The notes: a model not told the origin generated them from the letters alone. A DNA stretch of 40,079 bases from Chiloscyllium plagiosum (GCF_004010195.1 NC_057757.1:7233304-7273382); one strand, 5' to 3'. Counted from the first letter of the stretch, positions 11,449 through 25,544 are shown. Made by a program: numbers and translations.

Positions 11449-11744
11449 CTAAGAGACAGGGAGATACAGACAGCAGTGAGAACATCGCATTGCCACAGAG
11501 CCAGACCTCAGCCATCTGGCTGGGCAAACAACGCAGAATCAGAAGATAACTGAGATGCAGGAGGAGCCCACTCCGCGCATCATATCTGCACTGGCTCACC
11601 GATTCTCCCACCTGCTCCCTGCGATCCCACACACTCCCCCTTTTAAGATAACTCTTAATTCCCTTCTGAATGCTTCGATTGAACCTCCCTCCACCATACA
11701 CTGCTCCATGTCTGTAGTGAGCAGACATAATCAAAACATCCGTG

Positions 11745-11915
11745 CGATGGGTTTCCAACGCCCCTCCCCCAAGTCCCTCCTCCCTACCTTTTATCTGAGC
11801 CTGCTTGGCACACTTTCCTCGTTCCTGAAGAAGGGCTCATGCCCGAAACGCCGATTCTCCTGCTCCTTGGATGCTGCCTGACCTGCTGCGCTTTTCTAGC
11901 AACACATTTTCAGCA
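11745..11915 (+). mobile_element. Penelope terminal-repeat fragment with hammerhead-like core
   Basis: CTGAAGA-A-GGGC-TCAT-GCCC-GAAACGCC from 11825, followed by the family tail GATGCTGCCTGACCTGCTGCGCTTTT. Confidence 0.75.
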
Positions 11916-11924
11916 CTATCTTAA

Positions 11925-12830
11925 AGACACTAAATGACTTGAGTTCCACAGCCTTCGCCGTCAGTGACACTCACCAACCTCTGGCTGAAGAAATTTCTTC
12001 TCATCGGAGTTCTAAAGGACAGTCCCTTCACTCCAAGGCTGTGCTCTCGCGTCCTCGTCTCTCCTGCCAGTGGAAATAGTTTCTCCACCTCCATGCTATC
12101 CAGGCCTCTAAGTACTCTGTAAATGTCAATGAAATCTCCAATCCCTCATCTCTTTGAATGCCATCGAGACCTAGAGTCTTCAATTGCTCCTTGTGTAATA
12201 AGCCCCTCATCCCTGGGATCATGCTTATAAACCTCCTCTGGACACCCCCTCCAAGGTCAGCACGTCCTCTTAGATACGGGGCCCAAAACTGCTCGCAATA
12301 TTCCGAACTTGCCTGCTTTATGCAAGGCCTTTAGGGGAGGGAATCTGCTGACCTTACCTGGTCTGGTCTACATGTAACTCCCAATCCACAGCTATGTAGG
12401 TGATTAAGTGCCCTCTGAAAATTGCTGAACATGTTACTCAGTTCAAGGGATGGGTAACAATACCGAGCCAGCAACATCCTCACCACATGAAAGCATGAAA
12501 AAAGATGAGAAGATGTACAAGAGAACACTCAGAGAAATTGCAAAGACGCAAAAGCTACAGAGTAATGATAACGGGAGATTTCAATTAATAAAAATTAAAT
12601 AACTCAAAAACTAGAACAGTGACGACATAAAGGATAGTCATCGATAACATTTTCTTGTTGGTATGTTTCTGACTCCAAAGGGTATAAGGCGCTGCTAATT
12701 TAGTTTTGAAGAATCAAGCTCACCAAATCTCGGTGGGGGAGCATTCAGGGAACAGCAATCATAACACCATAACGTTTAAACTAACTATGGAAAAGTAGGA
12801 ATCCAAAATAAAAATTATTTAGTTAGAGTA
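11925..12830. mobile_element. CR1 fragments: 3' end on minus (11925-12310); degenerate endonuclease region on plus (about 12520-12830)
   Basis: MIPGMRGL..EQLKTLGL on minus; ITGDFN and SVGEHSGNSNHNTITF on plus. Confidence 0.6.
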
Positions 12831-13349
12831 GGTAGGTAGTCAAACAGACAAGGATACAAGCATATCCTTTTGGCAAATATCTGCACATTAGCAAGTTGTT
12901 CCCTCCTTTACTATCCAGTCCAGAGACAAATAGAGCCAAGCTAATTCACTGACTTTTCTCATTAAGCTCTAAGAAACCTCAAGCCATTGATTATTTTGAA
13001 GCTTCTCAAGAGTACATTTGCTGGCACAGATGTATTCTTTTGAACCATGCCTACCCCTGGCCCCTCTTTCCCTGGAATGTAAAAGCTCAACCACGCAACT
13101 GTCTCACCAGTTACATTCCCTTAGCTTGAGTCACAACATTTCTTGGCAATTCTATTTCGACCCATTGCTTTAAAAAAACGATTCTGACCCTCAAAAAAAC
13201 AAAGTCACATTCACAAACTGAAAAACAAACTCCACTTACCTCTACTTTAGGTCCCAAGTTTCCAAATAAGAAGAAAAGACTATAAACGTTCCTCACACTA
13301 TGACCACAACTTAGAAAGAATATACTGGCCTCGGCATGTGGTGCAGAAC

Positions 13350-14145
13350 ATAACTGGGGCTTCCGCAATTAGGTAATGAGAAGACATGACATTTTGTCTT
13401 TGCAGATATGTACAAGGTCAGGGAGATTTGCTTGAGGATTCAAGATTTTGAAAAGAATCGAGGAATATAGAGAAGAACTCCTCCTGCTGATGGTGGGGAG
13501 TTTAGGGTAAAAGGTGCATGACCATAAAATCAGAGCCAGTCTATTCAGGATGGAAGGTAGAAAGCTCTTCTTTATAAAAAGGATGACGTGGATAAGACTT
13601 TTTCACTGTATAAGGATATCAGGAGCTAAAGTGGCAGAGAAAAAAAAATGAAGTAAAAATATAGACGAGGAATTATGAAGGATATTATTAAGCTGGAGAG
13701 AGTTCAGAAAAGATTTATCAGGATGTTGCGGGGTATGGAAGGTTTCAGTTATAAGGAGAGGCTGGGACCTTTCCACTGGATTGTAGTAGGTTGAGGGGTG
13801 ACTTTATAAAATCATGAGGGGTAATAAATAAGGGGAATGGCAGGTGTCTTTTCCCTAGGGTGGGGGATTTCAAGAGTAGGCAGCATATTTGTAAGGTGAA
13901 AGGAGAAAGACTTAAAAATGACATGAGGGACAATTTTATTTCTTTCTTTTACACAGTGTGTGGAACGAACTTCCAGAGGATGCAGGTACAGTTACAATGT
14001 TTAAAAGTCGTTGACATACGTACATGAATAAGAAATGCTTGGAGGGATATAGCTCAAGCACAGGCAGGTGGAGCTGGTTTAGTTTGGGATTATGGTCGGC
14101 ATGGACTGGTTAAACTGAAGAGTCTGTTTCCGTGCTGTATGAGTT
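13350..14145 (+). mobile_element. CR1 3'-end fragments
   Basis: LERVQKRFIRML...VWNELPE...LEGY similarity. Confidence 0.75.
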
Positions 14146-14198
14146 CTGTTCCCCTCAAGGGTGGAGTGATGGGTTTTGCTTTGCATAAGTTAAGCTCA

Positions 14199-14351
<153 letters not shown>

Positions 14352-14526
14352 TTAAGAACACAAATGGAACATTGCAAAACAAGCAGCTCGATGCATCCTA
14401 TCCTGAGCTGAGACTGATATGCACTCCAGCCTGACTGCCCCCCCACATATCCACCTCCTCACAAACAGTATACCCCCTCTCCATGTCCCTTACACCTATC
14501 TCAAAACCCTATCTGCACCAGCCATA

Positions 14527-14858
14527 GGGGAGATGGTGGCATAGTAGTAATGTCCTGGACTAGCAACCCAGAATCACCAGCTAATATTCTGGAGACTTGG
14601 GTTTGGGAGATGGTGAAACTGAGCTCAAGGAAAACCTGGCATTAAAAAGAAGCTAGCATAAGGGCAGCTGCGTAACCACCAACTATCATTATATAAACTC
14701 ATCTGAGTCACTAATGTCCTTTAGAGAAGAAAACCTTACCTGACCTACACGTGATTCCAGAGGCACAACAATGCGTTAATGGCCCTCTGGGCATTTAGCG
14801 GTGGGCAATAAATCCCGGTTCAGCCAATGATCCCCACATTGAATGGATAAAAAAAACT
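14527..14858 (+). mobile_element. Second SINE family copy
   Basis: GGTGGCATAGTAGTAATGTC head, CACTAATGTCCTTTAGAGAAG core, GGGCAATAAAT tail and A-run. Confidence 0.7.
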
Positions 14859-15017
14859 GAGAAGACCTAAAGGGCATACTCCCACTACCAATGCGACACA
14901 GACAGACACACAGACACAGACACACTCCCCTCTCCAGGAGCCACATTGGTTCCTTACACTCCCCACACTACCACCCAGCCACTGACTGCTGGAAGAAGGT
15001 GCAGTGGGCTCTCCTAC

Positions 15018-15110
15018 CTGACTCTACAGCTTTGACGTATTCCAGGATGACACGGACCCGACTGTGCAGCATCTTAATGGCGCTGTGTTGTGCAATGAGA
15101 TGTTCAGCCA
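15018..15110 (-). CDS. COPS6: COPS6 exon 8
   Basis: [31 protein letters not shown]; acceptor ttacag, donor gtagga. Confidence 0.96.
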
Positions 15111-15490
15111 CTGTAACAGGATCAGAAGGGAAGTCAGCTAATTGCTTAGGGGAAGGAGGCAGTAAGTTCCAGGGTTTCCTGTGGTGGAGGGGTTGCTGGG
15201 TCACACTGAGCCACCATTTTACAGGGACATTATCAGACAAACAATACTGAATCACCTTCATAGACAGGAGTCAATTACCAAAAGCTTAGGGATAGGGAGT
15301 TGGCTAGCTCAGTTGGCAGGATGGCCAGTTTATAAAGCAGAGTGTTGCCAACAACATGGGTTCTGGTCACCGACTCAACCTCTTCCCCCTCACCTGAGGC
15401 GTAACCTCAGATTAAACTATCACCAGTTGTCTATCTGTCTGTCTCTCTATGTTCCCAACCTCTTTCTTACCCCTTGATATCTTTTTAAAA

Positions 15491-15789
15491 ACACAGAATC
15501 CCTACAGTGTGGAAAGCAAGCTATTCTGCCCATCGGGTCCACACCAACAATCCAAACAGCATCGCACCCTATCCTTGGGATTCTACATTTCCCATGGCTA
15601 ACCCACCTCGCCTGCGCATCCCTGGACACTATGGGACAATTTAGCATGACCAATCCACCCTAACCTGCACATCTTTGGACTGTGGGAGGAAACCCACACA
15701 GACACTGGGAGAATTTGCAAACTCCACACAGACAGTCGCTTGAGGGTGGATTTGCATCCGGGTCCCTGGCGCTGTGAGGCAGCCATGCT
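15491..15789 (-). mobile_element. tRNA-derived V-SINE (HE1-like)
   Basis: Same family, full length. Confidence 0.85.
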
Positions 15790-15989
15790 CACCACTGAGC
15801 CACCGTACCACTCCATCTCAATTAATATCTCAAATATCAGCTGGGTGTCAATGCAGAACAGCAATAGGGAAGAATATTTATTTAACGGTGACAGCCTGGG
15901 TTGTGTTGAACATCAAAGGAACTTGAATGTCCTTGTGCAGGAGTAACTATGTCTTATTGCAATCATATAGAGCATAGTTTGAGACCAAG

Positions 15990-16440
15990 CCTGCAGCACT
16001 GACGTATTGGCCTCTTTCCACAAGGGAAATGCATATTTGATAAAGATGGAGTGCAATGTATGCCCACCAAACCAGTTCCTGAGATAGATGGACTGTGCCA
16101 GGAGGACAGATTGTGGAAACTGGGCCTGCATTTTCTAGCGTTTACAAGAATGGGAAGTGATCTTATTGAAACCGACAAGGTTCCTACAGTAACCATCAAG
16201 ACAGAGGCAGGAAGGATGTTTCCCCCTAGCTGGGTCAGTGGTCCAGAACCAGGGAATCCAGTCTCAGTGTAAAGGGCAGGCCAATTAGGACAGAGATGAG
16301 GAGCTTCTTCACTTGGGGGCCGAGTGGGGGTGGGGGAGGAGGTGGTGATGGAGAGTTGGTGAATCATTGGACTTCTCTGCCCTAAAGGTCTGTGGAGTAT
16401 CAGTGACTGCCTGTGCACCAGGCAGAGAACAATCAATTAC
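15990..16440 (+). mobile_element. Degenerate CR1 3' fragment
   Basis: RPSLQH..YWP..GSDLIETDK..RMFP similarity to the CR1 ORF2 C-terminus. Confidence 0.65.
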
Positions 16441-16717
16441 TCCATACTAAAACCAGCGAGAGACAGTCAAAGAAAACGGAACTGACGTAAAACAAATTTG
16501 TTCCGATCTCCATGAGTGGCTCGCTCTTCCTGACGAGGCACTGTTCAGTTGGCAAAAGGGCAACTTGTGGCCTGGGACGGTGAGTTCGGTTACATTCTAT
16601 AACTGACAGTTTGCTCCTGTTCGATGGGACTGGGGTTTGCCCCAGTCTCCCGGCAGCTGTGACAAGGATAAGGCATTATCTCTAACCATCCTTGTCGCCC
16701 TCCCCCAGCCCAGCTCA

Positions 16718-16930
<213 letters not shown>

Positions 16931-18399
16931 TCACACGCTCTCCATGGAAACTTGGACTGGGGCTCTGCAGCCAGTGTGTCACTTGGAAAATGCACAGCGT
17001 CCTCCCTGATCAGGATCAGTAGGAATCCACTCATCAGCTCAGTAGGGCTGCCTGCCGCATGTGAGCAGACGAGACAGAACAGCCCTCCTCTGCGAGGCCT
17101 CTTTAGGCAGAATGGCTTGCTGATTCTCACGAGGACTCGCACATTGAGAACGATCTGTCGGTCAGCCAGCCTTCTTGTGGAGCCGTATCCTAGTCGGAGT
17201 CGGTGAACAAGGCACAGACCTAGCAAAAATAGTGGGGGAGGGCAGATAAGCCAAGCTCCAGGACAATTAGGGTCGGGCAATGATTGCTGGCCTGGTCAGC
17301 TGTGAGCACAAAAACAAGGTGATGGGAGGAGGGGGTGGAGGAACTTGCCAGCCCACTCAGGGTGGGTTTGGGAAGGGATTAGTGTCTGCTGTTGTGCGAA
17401 CCCTCCAGCTGGCTGCTGAGCAGAAAGGCAGAGTCCCACATCCCTGGGACTGAGAGCCTCTAGAGTTCACTGCAACGGAGCAGCCAAGGTCAGCAGTGGT
17501 GAATGACCCCAAATCTGTCATGTTGAAACAAGGAGCCATTTTGGATTGCCCGAGCTCTCACTCCTGATAGTCAGTGAGTGGTGAGACAGGAGGTGGAGAC
17601 GTAGTGGCACTGCCTGGACATGGGGCCAGAAGATGACTCAGCCTGGGAAAGTGCCAGGAAATGCCAACATCCTAGGATGCGCCCATTTCTATTCTCGCAC
17701 AACTTAGAACATGAGAACAGTGACCAGAGTCTTCAGACTTGCCTGAAAAGGATTTGGAAAACAGCAAAAGACCAACAGGCAGGTGGAAAAAATGGAACTG
17801 CACCCTCAATAATGTGAAAAGAACTGAGGCAACCATTTGTCGTTCACACAAAGAAAAGTTACTGGCGAGAGTGAATGAATAGAAAGGATCAGGGGTTCAG
17901 AAACACAATCTTTCAGAAATGAGAGAGCGGGGAATACACGGCAACACAATCTGGGGTGTATAAATAAGTGTACTGTGTGCAAGAGCAAACAAATTCACTT
18001 GCAACATTGGTTATTTCACAGCTAGCACAGTGTGTGGAGTTTTGAATACCTCACTCTTCCAAGACATTAAAAGCCACAGAGGTGGAACAGACTAGGCAGA
18101 TTCATCAGAACGTTAGCAGGAATGAGAAACGACTATTACGAGGAGATACTGGTGACGCTAAAAGAGTCAACGGTTATACACAGATTGGAGGCAGCAAGAA
18201 CCCAAGCTATTGACGGGGAGACAATGGCTATTGGTCAATCAGATTAACGGTTAGAAATTGTCACTAAGAAAGTGTCAAAGTCGGGCGAAATTTCATTGGA
18301 TTGCTGAAGCTGGAAAAGTTTGCCACAGGGAACAATGGAGGCAGAGACCATCACATCTTGCAACACAAAATGAGGCAAATATTGGAAACAGAGGAACAT

Positions 18400-18765
18400 A
18401 CAGGGCTACTGCGAGTGAGCACGGCAGTGGGAATAGTTGGGATTTGATACAATGTTATGGGGAGTAAGCAGGGCAGTGGGATTCATTTAGGGTTGATATG
18501 ATGCTATGGTGAGAGTGCGGGGCAGTGGGATCAGTTGGGATTGATACAAGGCTATGGTGAGAGAATGGGACAGTGGAATTAGTTTAGGATTGATATGGAG
18601 CTACGCAATGATAACAGGGCAGTGGGACTAGTTTGAGATTGATATGGGACCTTGGGAAGAGAGCAGAGTAGTGGGGATTACTCTAGGACAGTGAGACAGT
18701 GGGACAGTGAGATTAGTTTGAAGATTGATATGGGGCTCTGGCGAGAGCGTACGACATGGAATTCT
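18400..18765. repeat. Degenerate tandem repeat of about 49 bp, about 7 copies
   Basis: CAGTGGGA-TTAGTTTGGGATTGATA motif recurs at 18425, 18474, 18523, 18571, 18620, 18669. Confidence 0.8.
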
Positions 18766-19424
18766 TAGTTGATTTCACTAGCAACGGGTCAGCATTATGT
18801 ACCAAAAGGTCTTCCCTCCTGTGGTAAGAATGCCCTGGTTACAGTGAAGAGTGAAAATATACTGCGGATTGCTTGAGAGTTGACTATCTGAAGGGTAAGC
18901 GATAAACAGAAAGTGCTATATCTCTGCTTTTTATATGAATGGTGTGGCACAGGTCTGCAAGTCTCATTAATATATGAATTGACTCGAAAAAGCTTTCCTG
19001 GCAGTTAAAATAAAAAGAAAGAAAAGGAATATAAATAAGGTTGAAATGATTATGGAGATGAAATAAAATGCGACTAATTTAGGTTAAAGACATGCACAAC
19101 CTCAGCCAGAGGAAAATACCAAGATGACATTGCAGTAAATGCACGCATACTGATAGCAACAGGCTGGGACTGTACGTGACACACGCTCAGAAACAGCAGG
19201 ATAGTATCCAGTGTAGGATGTGCAAAGACATTCTACAGGATATATCAATTCATACACCATCCTGGCATGGACTATATTGCTATTCCTGTAGTGTCACTGG
19301 GTCCATAGCCTGGAAATTCCTGCCTTAGCAGCAGTGTAGATGGATCTACGCCCAAGGACTGCTGTGGCTCACCCCCACCTTCTCCAGACCTCCAACACCT
19401 ACACAGGGGGGAATTGCACATTGC

Positions 19425-19850
19425 ACCGAATATGACAGAAACAACTGTACATGGCGCAGGATATATACATAGAGCAACATAAACCGAGGGGAACTGTACA
19501 TGATGCAGGGTGTATACACAAACTGACATAAACCCGAGAGGAACTGTACATGATGCAGGATAGACACACAGACTGACATAAACCGAGGGGAGCTGTAGAT
19601 GATGCAGGATATATACACAGACTGACATAAACGAAAGGGGACTGTACATTGTGCAGGATATGTACACAGACTGATTCAAATTGAAGGAAACTGTACATGA
19701 TACATACACAAACTGAGGGGAACTGTAAATGGTGCAGGATATACACAGACTGATGCAAACTGATGGGAACTGTTCTTAGTGCAGGATAGATACACTAACT
19801 GATACAGAGGGGGACTGCACATCATGAATGATACAGACTGACAGGACAGA
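19425..19850. repeat. Degenerate tandem repeat of about 49 bp, about 9 copies
   Basis: AACTGTACATGATGCAGGATATATACACAGACTGACATAAACCGAGGGG-like units at 19443, 19492, 19542, 19591, 19640, 19689 and onward. Confidence 0.85.
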
Positions 19851-19873
19851 ACTGAAGTTGATTAATTCCATAC

Positions 19874-19921
19874 CTCTCCAGCGATGATATCGATGACTGA
19901 CTCATAAACACTCACTGGAAG
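19874..19921 (-). CDS. COPS6: COPS6 exon 6
   Basis: LPVSVYESVIDIIAGE; acceptor cttacag, donor gtatgg. Confidence 0.96.
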
Positions 19922-21370
19922 CTGTAAGAGAAGAACACTGTCAGGCGGTAAACATTTATTACGCGTGTTCTTTTTTCTGAAGCCAAGACTTTTCCAATTA
20001 AGTGCTACATGGTAGGATCAAGCTGTGGTGCCTTCAGAACAGGAACATGCTTTCAATTTTCCAATCTGGTTGCTTTTATGTTTTCCCCTAATTACCTGCT
20101 GCATTTTCAAAGGCAGTGGCCTCCTGTGTTCAAAGTCCATCCCACTGGAGTCAAACTTCTCCCACTTCAAACTGCTTTTTCCAGAACCCCCTCACCACCT
20201 TCAGGTTTCCAATCCGCCCTCAGGTCGGCGGCTTTTAAAACTCCAGCTCAGCCCAATCTAACCACTGCCGATTTCTGATCCTCCACCACCCGCCCTCTGA
20301 TTCCATGCTGGGACCCTAAACTAACTGGGCTTGCTCCTCCCTCCATGATGGTACCTCGTGGGCAGCACTCAAACACGTCGGAGGTGAAACTCCTATAGTT
20401 TTACTTCAGGCAAATTTCACGTTTAAAATATTAACAAGGGCTCCATTCCAATTGCAAACACCTGGATTTTTAGCGCAGTCAACAGCCGTAATCCATAGCA
20501 TCTGTGCTGACGCTCATTTATACTTAGAAAGCTGAACGTGGATGGCTTGTTCGGAATAAATTTGCTTTCTTCTCTGCTGCCCTGTCAATCAGCTCTTCAG
20601 TATTTAAAGCGAGCTGAAAGATATGGGTGAATTTTCAGGTCTGTTCAGTCCCGTTGCTGGGGCAGACTTTCACTCCACTCCTGGGCCCTTATCAAAGTGT
20701 TTGAAGGATTGCAGGGCTGGAGGAGGTCACAGATCCAGAAGGGGTCATGGAGGGATTTAGAACGTTTAATTTTCGGGTCGATCAGTGGATACAGGGGTGG
20801 GGGTGACCGGGACCAGATGGGTTAGATATGGGTGGCAGAGTTTTGGACGAATGCGTGGGGGAGAAGAAACCTACATAACTTGGGCCTCATCCATCCACCT
20901 GTTGCATACACTTATGGTCAACACCTATATTAGGAGTGACTATTGTAGAATCCTTCTGCAGCCAAAAAGTCTTATCTTGTCACAAAGTGGGCCTGCCACA
21001 GAGGACTAACACCATGTTGAATGGACTAGATTCAAAACAGCTCCAAGTGGGCACCCATGACATGAAAAGGAATCATGCACAGGGTTACAAGCCGTGGGAA
21101 TGGCACTAAGACAATTGCTCATTTCGGGAGCCAGCACAAACGTGACGGGCCCACTAAGACCATGAGACATAAGTGCAAAGATGGGCCATTCAGCTCGTTG
21201 GGTCTTCCATGCCATTCAATGAAACCATGGGCAGCTCTGGTAACCCTCAACTCCCCTTTCCTGCCTCTTCCCCATAACCCTCGATTCCCTTATTGATTCA
21301 AAATCTGTCCATCTCAGCCTGAAATGATCCAGCCTCGACAGGAAAATTCCACAGATCCAACATTCTCTCA

Positions 21371-21570
21371 CAGGTCGTTCTGCAATAATGCGTGTTTTGT
21401 CAACGTGAATTCGCTCTAATATGATTGACAAAAAGAGGATACAGTCTCTAAAATGCAAACGTTTAAAATGTGTGTTGGCCAACACTTTAAGTGCCGTTTC
21501 TACAGCGTGATTTTTCTATAATGCAGAGTTGCACAAGAACACTACCATCGCGTTATAGAAAAACGACCTG
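21371..21570. mobile_element. 200-bp MITE with terminal inverted repeats (Tc1/pogo/Tigger-like ends)
   Basis: CAGGTCGTTCTGCAATAATGCG ... CGCGTTATAGAAAAACGACCTG; interrupts a CR1 tail fragment. Confidence 0.7.
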
Positions 21571-23769
21571 TGTTGCATAAATACCGCCCCCTCCACACTT
21601 CACGTCAGCTCTGACGAACAGCCATCTAGCCTCTAAATATTAGCTTGCTCTCTCTCCACAGGTGCTACCTGGCCTGATTTGATTTCCAGCATTTCTGTTG
21701 TCTCCACAGATTCACTACCGCCCGACAGAAGAGATTCCCCCTCATCTCTTCCTTAAATAGATGAGCCATGATTGTGACAACATACTGCCTGGAAGGTTCC
21801 CTCAAGGTTGCGTGACATGCACAGCCTATCTGATCTTCGGCAATCAACTCAGCGTTAAAGTAGTGGTGAATTTTTCTGTTTCAGTCAGACAGTAGATAGT
21901 GAGGGAACTGGTGGTAAGGTACAAGGTTTGAGTAAGGTATGAATGAACAGGTCTTCCAGTGGTGCCCAGACAGGGAAGGGGATATGTCAGGGCCCAATAA
22001 CAGGAGCCCACAACTCAAAAGGCCTTTTGTTTTCAAGTCAGGAACAGGGCCGCTGTGATTTCTGAGTGTCCTCTAGTCTCTCTAGTACTCAACCGAAGGA
22101 AACCATGCAGGACACTGCAGTGGGAGAAGTAGGACTGTGAGGTGAAGTCCGAGGGTCACGGAGTATTACAGCACAGAAAGAGGCCATTCAGCCCATTTAA
22201 GCAGTGATCTACTCTAATCCCATTCCCCAGCCTGTAACTCGGTACTCTTTGGCATTTCAAGTATTGATCTAAATATATCTGAAATACTCTGACACCTTTT
22301 CAGGCAGTGAGTTCCAGATACCCACCAGCCTCTGGGTGAAAAATAAATTCTTTCTAAAATCCCCTCTAAACCACCTGGCCCTGACCTTAAAGCTGTGCCT
22401 TTTGGTTACTGACCCCTCCACCAAGTCTCCTTCTATCTATACTACCAATCCCCCTCAACTTTCCAACAGCTCTCTCAGCAATTTCCCTGCTCCGAGGAAA
22501 ACAACACCAGCCTACTGAGTTGAAAACTTCTTCCAAACAGCACGCCTCCCAGCACCTTTGGTCATCTGTGATGGCTCTGGCTGTTTTTGTGTCACACAAA
22601 AGGCAGAATCCCAACGGAGAGGTTTAAACCCCTGGGCTGCAGGTCAGATCCTGGTTCTTGGGGCAGTGGGTGACAGAGACCAAATAGCAAAAGTGAGTTT
22701 TCTGAGGAGAGTGTGAGACAGCAGTTTTTAAAGGGAGTTGGTGGTGCTGCTGATGGCTTGGTGGTGGTGGTGGGAGGTGGGTGGGTTTCGTTCCTGAGGA
22801 GAGGGGCTGGTTCACAATGTCAGCAATGTGACGGCCAAGAGGGATCAACATGTGATCAATAAAATCGAAGGGTCCCGACAATGTGAAAGCAGGCCATCTG
22901 GCCCATTGAGTTTACACTGACCCTCCAAACAGGAAGCCACCCCCCCCCCTCCAATGGTCGCTTGAGGGTGGAATCAAACCATCCCTGGTGCCTTGAGGCT
23001 AACCCCTGAGCGACTGTGTCATAGCTTAGTGGGAGTGAGGTCAAGGGGGCAGGAGGGGAATCTCAGTAACGATAACATCAAAGACAATCAATCTTTCGAA
23101 TCAGAAAAGCCAGCTAATGCCAGTCTACAGTCCATTTACACAGAATGCGTTGTATTTCTCCATCTCCTCTTCCATCACCAGAGGAACTGTCTCCCTGAAA
23201 CAACTGCAGCTCCTGGAGTATTGACAAATACAGAGACTGGGGCCTCCTAAAGGCCACACATAAAGCAAACACCCGTCAAAAGCACAGACCCTGGCATTTG
23301 TCTGAAGGCACCTGGCTGTAACTTCAGTTGTTGCAGACAATCAAATCAAAAACATTTGTCCGGAGATTAAGTCAGCACAACATTTTAGCAGCCACCGGCT
23401 TTTAAAACTTCCACTCTGCGTCACGAGTGGATTTGGTCACTAGGTTTGAAAATTAGGAAGGCAAAGCTGGTCACCACGCCGATGGCGGGGGATAGATCAG
23501 GGACAGGTTGAGTGACAACCAGGGAGATTGCTTGCAGCAAAAGGGAGAAGCCACAGCAAACAGAGACAGGAGCAAGTTTCAGGACGTAGGGTGACCACGA
23601 GAGGTGGAGGAAAATGAGCAACACCAGTGAGGCGGAATGAGATGCCGGGGTTGAATGAGGGCAAAGGTATTTGGGACGGGGTGGGATTTGACAAGCACCA
23701 CTGTAACAGCATCAGGACCTGTGGAGGGACAGCGAGTTAACAAAGGCAGAACAACAGGGTGGCATGATT

Positions 23770-24390
23770 TAATAGGGGGCAGCAGCACACTACACAGCAA
23801 TTGGGATTTCAGAAGGACAAGCGTGACTTAGCAAGGATTGTGGTAATGGCATCGCGACCTAATGAGAGACAGTGTCACAGGGCATTGGGGCTGGGATCCA
23901 GCAGGTGGCGGGAGAGTGGCAGTTACACAGAACACCAGGATCTAACTGAGGGCATAGGTGGTGTCGGGCAACGTTTCTTTTAAGCCGTGTGCAGCCACTC
24001 TGGTGACCGGTGCGCAGCGCCTGTTTGTGCTGACCCCAGCGTGCAGAATAAAAGAACAATTTAAGGGAATGCTGATTGTTGGGGTGGCAGGGAGGTGCAG
24101 TGGCACAGAACAGAGATTGGAATCGAATGGCAAATGACTTCACAGAACATCAGCATCAGGATCGAACGGTGATCGGTGTCAGAAAACATGAAGATCAGGA
24201 TCTAACAAGGTGCAGTATTCCAAAATACCGGAGCAGGATCTGACGGGGTAGTGCCACAGAGCACAAGGATTGGGATAAGACTGGAACCGTGCGACAGAAC
24301 ATTATCAGAATGTTCTAAGGGGCAGTATTACTGGAGATTAGGATCGCGGGCTAAAGGGGGGTAGTGTAACACTTAACATTAGGATTTAAT
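23770..24390. repeat. Old, highly degenerate tandem repeat of about 40 bp
   Basis: Recurrent GGGGCAGTGTCACAGAACA...CAGGATCTAAC-like motif; period estimated by eye. Confidence 0.55.
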
Positions 24391-24427
24391 GACAGACAGA
24401 GTGGGGTTTTACATGTAAAGTTATTTA

Positions 24428-24532
<105 letters not shown>

Positions 24533-24774
24533 TCAGTTCCGCCCCGGAAAAACCCTACTGGAGGTACCAGCTCCTCCATGCATTTGCTGTATTGTGACAC
24601 TTCGGGATAAGAGGGTCAGTGCCTGGAGAGGAAAAGCACTGGGTGGTCCAGGAGATCAGAGAACTCACGGTGCAGTGTCCAGACAAGGAGCCTGTCAAAC
24701 TATCCCATACAACACCAGGGCTTCAGCCCCTGGCAAAATGCACATCAGTCACCTTTGTGCCCTGGATTCATATG

Positions 24775-24925
24775 CAATCAAAGGCAAATCCATAACCTGG
24801 GCTGAGAAAATGCAATACTGATGGAGTATTGCAGTGTCTTTGGATGAGATGTAAAAGAGAGGGCCCATCTGCCTTCTCAGATGGATGCTCAAGATCCCAC
24901 AGCATTATTTAATGGAATTTTAAAG
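24775..24925 (+). mobile_element. DeuSINE (SacSINE1/AmnSINE1-like) core fragment
   Basis: TGCAATACTGATGGAGTATTGCA..GTCTTTGGATGAGATGTAAAA..CCCATCTGCCTTCTCAGATGGATG..AAGATCCCA resembles the recalled Deu domain. Confidence 0.6.
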
Positions 24926-25400
24926 GACAAATCATATTTAAATAAATTGCTGGAGTTTTCTGATGAATCATAAAATCGATGAGGATAATACTGAAGTGGT
25001 ATGAATGGAATTTGAAGAGACACCTGAAAGTGTCTTACATCAGACTTACGAGGAGCATCTGTGAAGAGAAAAGAAAGTTGACATTTTGAATCCCGTGATC
25101 CTTCGAGGGACTCTGTTTTTCGCTTCACAGATGCTGCTCATAAATCCAAAGTGCGAAAATTTCAGATGTCTTTTCAAATTGCATTTACACTATCTTAACA
25201 GAATTATTCTCATCGATGTGCCATGCTTCACTGGACTTGAAATGTTCTCTCTCCACAGATGCTGCCACCTGGCTAAGTTTCACCAGCAATTTCTGTTTTT
25301 TTCCAGATCTCCAGCATCCACAATTCTTTGCTTTAATTTATACTTATGTACAAGTGACAAAACGAAAGGAGGGACAGAGAGTAACATGGATACAGAATTG

Positions 25401-25544
25401 AGGTAAAAAACAATGACTGCAGATGCTGGAAACCAGATTCTGGATTAGTGGTGCTGGAAGAGCGCAGCATCCAAGGAGCTTCGAAAACTCCTTGGATGCT
25501 GCCTGAACTGCTGTGCTTTTCCAGCACCATTAATCCATAATCTT
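25401..25544. mobile_element. Short palindromic Penelope-derived insertion
   Basis: Inverted arms; 12-bp TSD GATACAGAATTG at 25389-25400 and 25545-25556. Confidence 0.78.

Noticed and set aside
18400..19850. Regularly spaced repeats resembling a CRISPR array
   Set aside because: Whole units repeat with no unique spacers, no cas genes, and the context is a vertebrate intron.
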